Part shown: one piece after another, positions 1 to 6,744 of the stretch | Layout of the letters: every line of letters starts with the position of its first letter | How positions within the stretch are numbered: position 1 is the stretch's first letter | Virus record (IMG/VR): IMGVR_UViG_3300037422_000119 | Location: 1-43,842 of that record | Length of the DNA: 43,842 nt | Origin: a virus | Lineage: Duplodnaviria > Caudoviricetes | Strand: one strand, 5' to 3' | Program-made: the position numbers and the translations under genes | The notes under the pieces: generated by a model | Told to the model about the DNA's origin: nothing | Database searches by the model: none | What the model saw: only the letters and a program-made list of their open reading frames with translations

Positions 1-192
1 GGCGCACCCTATGGTGACCGGATGCGCGCGGCCGAAAACCTGTGCGACCGCTTCAACCTGCCGCGCATGCAGGCGGCCGAGGTGACCGGCAACGCCTTCG
101 AGGGCACGAAATACTTGGTGCTCAAAAACTTCGAGCCACCCGGTACGTTCAACCCCGAACCGCCGCCGGAAAACGGAGAGACGAAGCAATGA
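1..192 (+). CDS. 5'-truncated ORF, probable terminase small subunit C-terminus
   Basis: Frame 1 open from base 1 to TGA 190-192: GAPYGDRMRAAENLCDRFNLPRMQAAEVTGNAFEGTKYLVLKNFEPPG...; the R-x-x-AA-x-x-L-x-DR...EVTG pattern resembles TerS C-termini. Confidence 0.45.
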   Translation, partial: GAPYGDRMRAAENLCDRFNLPRMQAAEVTGNAFEGTKYLVLKNFEPPGTFNPEPPPENGETKQ

Positions 193-195
193 ATC

Positions 196-343
196 GGCCG
201 CACGCGCTCAACGGCGGAAACATCCGTTTCCGTGCATGTACGTGACCATGTTGAGCCCTTGGGGTAGGAGCATCGAGCGGGATTGCATAGGCCCCGTTGT
301 CCCCGTGTAATGCGGATCGGCTCCCATGATCCTGCGTGCGGCC
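196..343 (+). ncRNA. Candidate structured RNA or cis-element (multibranch, 10-bp closing stem)
   Basis: GGCCGCACGC 196-205 pairs with GCGTGCGGCC 334-343; internal stems GCTCAAC/GTTGAGC, CGGAAAC/GTTTCCG, GGAGC/GCTCC, ATTGCAT/GTGTAAT. Confidence 0.45.
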
Positions 344-344
344 C

Positions 345-653
345 ATGTCTGACGTAACGCTCGGTCTCGCGCTCGGCCTCTTGCTGGTCTTTTTCGGTGC
401 AATGCTCGGGCGCACGTGGGGCCGGTGGCACGGCTTCGCGGCCGGATTGGAAGCGGGCAGAGATCTAACGCTGGAAAAGTACTGCGTGGCGATCATCATT
501 CGCGGCGGCAAACATGATGGCTTAGAAGGTGTCGCACACATTCACACAGGTATGGCGCAGCTTCACGGCGAACTGTTCTACGTCAACGGCGAAATCGAGA
601 ACGGCTATGCCGTGCTCGTCGAGGAAGGGGGCGACGATGGAGCATCACGTTAG
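345..653 (+). CDS. Hypothetical membrane protein
   Basis: N-terminal hydrophobic helix VTLGLALGLLLVFFGAMLG; overlaps next gene. Confidence 0.65.
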   Translation: MSDVTLGLALGLLLVFFGAMLGRTWGRWHGFAAGLEAGRDLTLEKYCVAIIIRGGKHDGLEGVAHIHTGMAQLHGELFYVNGEIENGYAVLVEEGGDDGASR

Positions 654-1578
654 GCCGGGCGACAGCATTCATGGACCGCTCGCAGACATCATGGGACAAG
701 GCGGCGACCTGCACATTTACGGCGCGCACGTGCTGACCGGCGATTTGCGTTTTCCGTATCAAGTGTCGCGAGCGCCGCACGTGCCGGTCAAGCCGGTGCG
801 CTTGATCGGTCACGACCAGGCGTGCATCGACCTGAACGGCTTCAACATCACGATCGCGCGCAGCTTCACCGAGTTCGAGAGCATGGAGTTGGTCGGCGGC
901 GGCAGCCGCACGGAAGCAATCGAGATCAAAGCCACCTACGACAACGCGGCCGTGGTGCGCCAGGTCCGATTCGATCGCGTCCACGTGCGCTTGGTCAGGC
1001 GCTGCCTCGACATCACAGGCAACGTGATCCTGTCGCGCTTTGTCGATTGCTCGTTTGCCGATGCGACCGAAGCGCTGATTCGAATCAACGGCGGCACCAC
1101 GTCCTGGTGGTCGCGCTGCACGTTCACCGAGTTCTCCAAGGGCATGGCGCTTGAGAACACGATGGGCACGGCGTTCGAGGACTGCGTTTGGGAAGCGGCG
1201 CGCACCGAGACGCCCTATATCGCGATGGCTCATTGTCGTGACGTCAACATCGCGCGCGGCTACTTCGAGGAAAGCCATGACGTGAACGCTCCCTGGTTCG
1301 TCTATCTGAACAAGGAAAACCGGAGCATCAAAGTTCAGGGCACGTTTGTGCGGCCGACGCGCAAGGCGCGCGTGGCCGTGGTCGGAGCCGAAGGATGGGC
1401 GCATGACGTGACCATCGAGCCCTATGTGCTCATGCCGAACGGTTGGGACGCCGATCCTCCCGTGTGGATCAAGGCGGCCAATGCCAAGCGGGTCACGGTC
1501 GCTGGCCTGCTGGAATACAAGACGCCGGACGGCTCGTTCACGCGGGTTGCCCCGGTGCCAGTCAAGAGCCTGCCATGA
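637..1578 (+). CDS. Right-handed parallel beta-helix (pectate-lyase-like) protein
   Basis: Purine-rich SD before ATG 637; repeated beta-helix turns (FDRVHV, SRFVDCSF, WSRCTF, AFEDCVWE, VNIARGYFE); IDLNGFNI motif. Confidence 0.65.
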   Translation: MEHHVRPGDSIHGPLADIMGQGGDLHIYGAHVLTGDLRFPYQVSRAPHVPVKPVRLIGHDQACIDLNGFNITIARSFTEFESMELVGGGSRTEAIEIKATYDNAAVVRQVRFDRVHVRLVRRCLDITGNVILSRFVDCSFADATEALIRINGGTTSWWSRCTFTEFSKGMALENTMGTAFEDCVWEAARTETPYIAMAHCRDVNIARGYFEESHDVNAPWFVYLNKENRSIKVQGTFVRPTRKARVAVVGAEGWAHDVTIEPYVLMPNGWDADPPVWIKAANAKRVTVAGLLEYKTPDGSFTRVAPVPVKSLP

Positions 1579-2170
1579 GTCTACCGAAGCCCTATTACCA
1601 GGACTCCGCGGTCACGATCTACCACGCGGACTGCCGCGAGATATTACCGCACGTCTCGGCTGTCGATGTGATCCTTACCGACCCGCCGTACGCGCCCGGC
1701 GGGGCGACGCGGGAGTCGAACTCAAGGGCCGGTATCTCCGACGCCCTTCATCTCGCCGCCCGCGCCCTCAAGGCCGGAGGAACGGCGTTTGTATTCAGCG
1801 CCTCGTCGGCTCGGGGACTAGACTGGGCTCGGGAGTGCATGAAACCGCTCGAACTCAAGCGCGTTATGCCTTGGGTCAGGAAGATGACCACCAGCGGGGT
1901 CGGGGGTCCGTGGCGATGGGATTCGGTCCTGGTCGGCGTCTACGGCAACGCGGTTTGGGGTCGTCCGAGATTCCGCGGTTACTACCCGGCATGGCGCGGT
2001 GGCTCATGGCCCCATTCCCCGCTGGCACACTCTTGCTCGATCCGTTCGTCGGCTCGGGCACACTGGTATCTAACGCCCGTGAAATGGGGCACAAAGCCAT
2101 CGGCATCGAGATCGAGGAACGCTACTGCGAAATCGCCGCGAGGCGGTGCTCGCAGGAAGTGCTTTTGTGA
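1575..2170 (+). pseudogene. Frameshifted beta-class N6-adenine/N4-cytosine DNA methyltransferase
   Basis: N-half (IYHADC...TDPPY) is in the frame starting 1575; C-half (LLDPFVGSGT...AIGIEIEERYCEIAARR) is in the -1 frame ending 2170; break near 1980-1990; usual HPxxxP motif absent. Confidence 0.8.
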
Positions 2171-2201
2171 AACTCGACGGGGCGGCAAAGGAGAACAAGC
2201 C

Positions 2202-2768
2202 ATGAAGTTCTATCTCACGTTTGGACAGGTACATGCGCACAGCTTCGCCGGCAAGACGTTCGATCGCGACTGCGTGGCCGTGATCGAAGCCCCCGACTAT
2301 GAGACGGCGCGCGAGCGGGCCGTCAAAGCGTTTGGCCTGGCGTGGGCGTTCTTGCGCCCAGATCAGCCGGACATGACCTACTTCCCGCGCGGTCTTATTG
2401 ACCTGGACCTGACGGAGCCGAAGTCGGTTGCACGTGAAACACCCGAGCCCGTCCGCTGCACGGATTGCGGCTCGGCAATCGTGTGGGCAACGTACCGGGG
2501 CGCGCGCATCGCCCTCGATCCCCGCGTCCTGGTGTTCAACGTTGAGTCGCACGGCAGCCAGGTCACGGCCGAGCGCCACGTCGGCGCGCTCGCCCTGCAC
2601 GCCTGCTCCGGCCCCATCACCGCTCGCCTTCAGAGCATCGCCGAGCTACGAGCCGCCCAACTCGTCGCCCACCTCAATACGCCAGGCACGACGCCGGATC
2701 AGGCGCGGTGGTTCATCGCCGCCGCCCTCGCCGATGCTGCAAGGGAAGCGGAGGCCGAAAGAAGCTAA
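2202..2768 (+). CDS. Hypothetical protein with central CxxC Zn-ribbon
   Basis: AAGGAG SD, ATG 2202; MKFYLTFGQ...YFPRG N-terminal block, then CTDCGSAIVW...HAC. Confidence 0.7.
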   Translation: MKFYLTFGQVHAHSFAGKTFDRDCVAVIEAPDYETARERAVKAFGLAWAFLRPDQPDMTYFPRGLIDLDLTEPKSVARETPEPVRCTDCGSAIVWATYRGARIALDPRVLVFNVESHGSQVTAERHVGALALHACSGPITARLQSIAELRAAQLVAHLNTPGTTPDQARWFIAAALADAAREAEAERS

Positions 2769-2783
2769 CCCGCTGCACGCCAA

Positions 2784-3020
2784 GCGCGTCGTTGCGTGAC
2801 GACGCGCACTACACATGGAGAAACGCCATGTCCGGTTTGCTCAAAGGGAAACCCGTGAAAGATTGGACGGCCCTGGTAGGTGTTGCCGGGCTTCGAGTTC
2901 ACGAATCACGACCGGCGATTTCCCCCGGCAGATCCCCTGACGGATCGAGTGGCCGGTACGGCCCGCCGTTTCCACTGCGTGTCGGTGGCGCAAAGGCTGG
3001 CCGCTCACGCCGGGGGAATC
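2784..3020 (+). ncRNA. Candidate structured leader RNA, overlapped by a 65-codon leader ORF (2828-3025)
   Basis: Stems GCGCGTCGT/ACGACGCGC, ACATGG/CCATGT, CCGGT/ACCGG, GATT(T)CCCCCGGC 2917-2929/GCCGGGGGAATC 3009-3020, GAGTGGCCGG/CTGGCCGCTC, GATCC/GGATC, CCACTG/CGGTGG. Confidence 0.45.
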
Positions 3021-3021
3021 C

Positions 3022-3552
3022 ATGAACGGCCCGCGCAAGTTGTCGGCAAGCCCGGATGCCAGCGCCGGCGTGACGTTGACACTGACGCCCGACTTGATCG
3101 AGGCCGCGCACGCGACGGCGCGCGGGCGCATGATTGCCAATCGGAGCGACGGCCGCGTTTCGCGCGTGATCGGCGGCACGGCGGACTTCGAGACGCACCT
3201 AATCGGCGCTGTCTGCGAGCACGCCGTTATGGCCGTCGAGCGCACGCCGCTTGATTGCCTCGTGAAGCATGGATCAGGCTTTCGTGCCGCCACGGCATCG
3301 GATATCGACGATCTCGAAATCAAGGGCACGATCCGGCCGCGCGGCCGTCTCCTGGTGCCCGGTACCCGAGTCTTTGCACACAAGCGGAACAAACTACTGC
3401 GCTATTTACTCGTTCGATGGCTGCGCGACCGCAACGCGGTGCAGATTGTTGGCTGGCAGCTTGGGGCCGTGTTCTTGCGACCGGAATACCTCGATACAAC
3501 GCTGCCCGGCAAGTCTTACGTCGCACCGTGGTTGTGGGAGTATGGGAGATGA
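3022..3552 (+). CDS. Putative PD-(D/E)XK-family nuclease
   Basis: GAVCEHAV helix, SDIDDLEIKGT (D...ExK), RLLV and YLLV...IVGW strands typical of small phage restriction-endonuclease-fold proteins. Confidence 0.55.
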   Translation: MNGPRKLSASPDASAGVTLTLTPDLIEAAHATARGRMIANRSDGRVSRVIGGTADFETHLIGAVCEHAVMAVERTPLDCLVKHGSGFRAATASDIDDLEIKGTIRPRGRLLVPGTRVFAHKRNKLLRYLLVRWLRDRNAVQIVGWQLGAVFLRPEYLDTTLPGKSYVAPWLWEYGR

Positions 3553-3584
3553 GTCGTGTTTGACAACAAAACACGGGAGGGAGG

Positions 3585-3827
3585 ATGCAACCAACAAAAA
3601 GCCATGTTCGGTTTCATGAACTCGAATCAGTCGGCAAAACTCATCGATGGTTGGTCAATAATGAAGCGAACGGCTGCTTACTTGGTTACGTGCGTTGGCA
3701 TTCGCCGTGGCGTCGCTACGTGTTTATGCCAAATGCAGGAACAATCTTCGATGCCGCGTGCCTCGATGAACTGAAAACTTTTTGCGAGATTCAGACGAAG
3801 GCCCACAAACCGGTGTCGGTGCCATGA
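3585..3827 (+). CDS. Conserved-type phage hypothetical protein
   Basis: GGAGGGAGG SD; GKTxxWxV...LGxVRWxxxWRRYVFxP...FDxxCL pattern. Confidence 0.7.
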   Translation: MQPTKSHVRFHELESVGKTHRWLVNNEANGCLLGYVRWHSPWRRYVFMPNAGTIFDAACLDELKTFCEIQTKAHKPVSVP

Positions 3828-4057
3828 CCACAATCAACGTTTCGCGGTTTTGCTCGGCACCCGTGCCGGCGCGTATTCCCGGGCAGCACTTGTGGGCCGC
3901 CGTCGCCATGTATCGCGTAAATCCGGCAGCCGATACGGTGCATTTGGACGCCGAGTCGCTGATGACTATCGAAGTTGGCTGTTATTGGTGCGAGCGAGCG
4001 TGGAGCCGCGATGCGGCGAGCAAGCCGTGCTTTGGGGAGCCACGGGAGGAAGCATGA
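3824..4057 (+). CDS. Hypothetical protein (His/Cys, CYWCE)
   Basis: ATGA overlap coupling at both ends. Confidence 0.6.
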   Translation: MTTINVSRFCSAPVPARIPGQHLWAAVAMYRVNPAADTVHLDAESLMTIEVGCYWCERAWSRDAASKPCFGEPREEA

Positions 4058-4167
4058 TGACGAAAGAGCCGAAAGATTGGACCGAGGCTGCCATCGAAGC
4101 CGTGTTTGGTTTGGTCGTTGTCAGCATCGTGCTGACGATTTGGATTGTTGCAACCGGGGGGAGGTGA
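4054..4167 (+). CDS. Small single-pass membrane protein
   Basis: GGGAGG SD; AVFGLVVVSIVLTIWIVA hydrophobic stretch. Confidence 0.55.
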   Translation: MMTKEPKDWTEAAIEAVFGLVVVSIVLTIWIVATGGR

Positions 4168-4173
4168 TTAAGC

Positions 4174-4293
4174 ATGAGTTGGATTTGGAACTGGCTGCGC
4201 GGCGGCGACGAACTGCCGCAAATGACGCTGGACGACTTGTTCCCGTTCTGGCGTTACGGAATCATGGGGCCGGGCCGCGCCACGCGCGATTGA
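4174..4293 (+). CDS. Small hypothetical protein (39 aa)
   Basis: GGAGGT SD; MSWIWNWLRGGDELPQMTLDDLFPFWRYGIMGPGRATRD. Confidence 0.45.
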   Translation: MSWIWNWLRGGDELPQMTLDDLFPFWRYGIMGPGRATRD

Positions 4294-4336
4294 AATAACG
4301 TTAAAGACTCGCTGTGCTTCGGTCGATAACAAGGAC

Positions 4337-4364
4337 GTGGCGCGGATTGTCCGCGCTGCTTTTT
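4337..4364 (+). terminator. Intrinsic terminator
   Basis: GTGGCGCGGA-TTG-TCCGCGCTGC hairpin followed by TTTTT. Confidence 0.65.
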
Positions 4365-4380
4365 GAAGAACGGGGGAACC

Positions 4381-4533
4381 ATGAAACCGGAGCGCAGCGA
4401 GTGGGTTATGCAGGTGTCGCAAGTATTCCCGGGCGTGTACCTGTGGGGAACGATTGAAACCGTGAACGAAGCCGACCGGCGCATGCGATCGGTCGTGGAG
4501 GAAGAATGCAATCCGAGCAAGAACTCGCCATAG
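4381..4533 (+). CDS. Small hypothetical protein (50 aa)
   Basis: GGGGGA SD, ATG 4381, TAG 4531-4533. Confidence 0.45.
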   Translation: MKPERSEWVMQVSQVFPGVYLWGTIETVNEADRRMRSVVEEECNPSKNSP

Positions 4534-4760
4534 CAAAAGCAGGGGCGCTACGCGAGCGCATGGGATTCGTAAGCGATCGCATCGATCGGCTAGGCAAGCG
4601 CGGCCTGCTGGCTGAACTCAATCCGATCACCGAACTCTATTCGTTCATGCCCGAAGCCTTGCGCATGGTCGCCGATCCCACCGCCGAGCCCGAGGACGTG
4701 GTGGCGCTGATTGAAAAGCACGTTGCGGAACTGGAAGCCCGGTTCCCGTCCGAGAACTGA
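4506..4760 (+). CDS. Hypothetical protein
   Basis: GGAGG SD; helical sequence. Confidence 0.6.
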   Translation: MQSEQELAIAKAGALRERMGFVSDRIDRLGKRGLLAELNPITELYSFMPEALRMVADPTAEPEDVVALIEKHVAELEARFPSEN

Positions 4761-4765
4761 AGCCG

Positions 4766-4954
4766 ATGAGCACCGACTACGAAACCGAAGTCGGCATGGA
4801 CCTGTGCAGCGAGTGCGACAAGCCGAAGCTTCGGGTGGAAGGCTTCGGTGGCGGCAAAGATGGAATGGTGCTGGAAGCGCATCTCAGTCAAGACGACATC
4901 CGGGACTTGATCGACGTTTTGCGGTCGTTCCTGGAGCAAGGAGGTTTAAAATGA
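4766..4954 (+). CDS. Hypothetical protein (CSEC)
   Basis: ORF in operon orientation, ATGA overlap with next gene. Confidence 0.55.
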   Translation: MSTDYETEVGMDLCSECDKPKLRVEGFGGGKDGMVLEAHLSQDDIRDLIDVLRSFLEQGGLK

Positions 4955-5475
4955 AATCGCTTGTCGTATTGCTGGCGGTGCTCGTGCCGACGATCGCGTT
5001 CGCGGACTATCGCACGGGGCCGGCGATGTATGCCGGGAAGATGGAGGGCGATCCGGCGATTGCGCTCGCGCTTGAAATCGAGGAACCGAGGTCGCGCCTG
5101 CACCTGCGCCCGCGCTTCGGCGTATGGAAGCAGGACGGCGAGCCCGGCATTTGGGAGATCGGCCTCGACGCTTACTGGCACGTGCGCGAGTGCCACGTGA
5201 TCAGTCCTTATGCGGGAGTCGGCATCGGGGCCGAGTGGCTGCCTGATTTGCCGATCGAGAATGACGGCGACGACGTTCCCCCGGACCCGCGCGCAGGCGA
5301 TGACCCGCCGACGGTGGACCCGCCGCAGCCGATCGCCTCTTTTTTCGGCGGCATCCGGTTCCCCGGCAATCGCGCGGACGTGTTCGTCGAGGCACGCTTC
5401 ACGGTCGGCGTCGATGATCGCGAGCGCGCGGGCGTGTTCGCGGGGCTCGGCTTCCACCCGGCGAGGAAACGATGA
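4951..5475 (+). CDS. Outer-membrane beta-barrel protein (OmpA/OmpX/Lom-like)
   Basis: AGGAGG SD; signal peptide MKSLVVLLAVLVPTIAFA; SPYAGVGIG motif; alternating strands (FFGGIRF, VFVEARF, VFAGLGF). Confidence 0.7.
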   Translation: MKSLVVLLAVLVPTIAFADYRTGPAMYAGKMEGDPAIALALEIEEPRSRLHLRPRFGVWKQDGEPGIWEIGLDAYWHVRECHVISPYAGVGIGAEWLPDLPIENDGDDVPPDPRAGDDPPTVDPPQPIASFFGGIRFPGNRADVFVEARFTVGVDDRERAGVFAGLGFHPARKR

Positions 5476-5804
5476 CGACGTTTGTGTCTGCGTCGCTGCG
5501 CGTGCAGGGGATTCATTGCTGGCCCGCCGCGCCCGCTGCCGTTGTTTACCTCGCTTCTCCGCATCGCCACGAGTTTCATGTACGAGTCCGAAAGCAAGTT
5601 AGCGGACCCGATCGCGAGGTTGAGGTCATTCAGTTCAAACATGCCGTTGAGGCGTACTTCTTGGCGTTGCCGAGAACGCACAACATGATTGATTTTGGCA
5701 CTCGATCGTGCGAGCAGATTGCCGCAGAGATTGTCGAGAACTGTGCAGCGGACTGGTGCGAAGTTCTTGAAGATGGTGAGAACGGAGCCGAGGTGTTCGC
5801 ATGA
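5472..5804 (+). CDS. dpdL: QueD-paralogous T-fold protein, DpdL-like (putative 7-carboxy-7-deazaguanine decarboxylase)
   Basis: GIHCWP...LASPHRHEF (LxxxHRHxF in place of the QueD CxxxHGH), [16 protein letters not shown]. Confidence 0.7.
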   Translation: MTTFVSASLRVQGIHCWPAAPAAVVYLASPHRHEFHVRVRKQVSGPDREVEVIQFKHAVEAYFLALPRTHNMIDFGTRSCEQIAAEIVENCAADWCEVLEDGENGAEVFA

Positions 5805-6316
5805 AGATTATCTACCTGCCGATAGAGCCCTATAGGGAGCGCTACACGGAACTTCTGCGAGCGTGGACGGAAACGCAGTTCGCTACTGAAGGCTGCCAAG
5901 TTGTCACCGTGCTCGGTGAAAGCTTGCGCACAGAGATCAAGAGCGGCCGGGTCCTCGATGCGCACGGTAGGTCGCATTGGTCGCTAACGCAGATGGCGAG
6001 ATTGGTTGCGATGCTTGCCGATGGCGCGGTCGAGGATTACGATCGCATCTATTTCGACGATATGTTCACGCCTGGCGTTGTCCATTGCTACGCCCGCCGA
6101 CTCCAAGTTCAAGAGCGAATGACTGAGCAGATCGCGCAAGCGATCATGCGGCACCTAGAACCGCTAGGTGCCGGCGTTGTCGTGCGTGCAACGCATTTGT
6201 GCATGGCGGCGCGCGGCGTGCGCTCTCCGAGCGTCATGGTCACGTCTTGCCTGCTCGGCGACTTGCGGGGCGATGCGCGCGGCGAGTTCTTGTCGTTGGC
6301 TAATGGTCACCCATGA
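5801..6316 (+). pseudogene. folE: In-frame chimera: glycosyltransferase N-terminus fused to GTP cyclohydrolase I (FolE) C-terminus
   Basis: Residues 1-92 (EPYRERYT...[10 protein letters not shown]...QM...[12 protein letters not shown]) resemble a phage glycosyltransferase N-terminus; residues 93-171 ([20 protein letters not shown]...HLCMAARGV...TS...RGEFLSL) are the FolE C-terminal half; FolE CEHH motif absent. Confidence 0.8.
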
Positions 6317-6744
6317 AGATCGCGATCATTGGCCACGCGGCCGACAAGTTCACGCCCGCGACTCGCCATGAGGCGCAGGTGCTCATCTCGGCATTGCTGC
6401 TCGACGCGCGCTTGCTGATCAGCGGCGGCTGCCACCTCGGCGGCATCGACGAGTGGGCCGAAACCATAGCCCGCTCGATGTCGATCCCGCGCTTGATCCA
6501 TCGGCCGGCGCTGCGTCGGTGGGCCGGCGGCTACCGTGAGCGCAACCTGCGCATCGCCCGCGACTGCGACGCGCTCCACGTCATCGTGGTTGCGCGCTAC
6601 CCGGCCGAGTACCGGGGCATGCGCTTCGATCGCTGCTATCACTGCAACACGAGCGACCACGTGAAAAGCGGCGCGTGCTGGACGGCAAAGCGCGCGCAAG
6701 AACTCGGCCGGCCGGTGCGCTGGCACATCGTCAATGGCAGTTGA
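6313..6744 (+). CDS. SLOG-superfamily (YspA/DprA-like) protein
   Basis: [53 protein letters not shown]. Confidence 0.75.
   Translation: MKIAIIGHAADKFTPATRHEAQVLISALLLDARLLISGGCHLGGIDEWAETIARSMSIPRLIHRPALRRWAGGYRERNLRIARDCDALHVIVVARYPAEYRGMRFDRCYHCNTSDHVKSGACWTAKRAQELGRPVRWHIVNGS

Noticed and set aside
1443-2768. 441-aa ORF as one genuine protein
   Set aside because: It is the MTase N-half plus out-of-frame sequence plus a separate gene with its own SD at 2202
2855-2910. Resemblance to the 5' half of tRNA-Sec (GAAAGATT...CTGGTAGG...GGGCTTCGAG)
   Set aside because: Anticodon stem does not pair, and no T-arm or matching acceptor 3' end
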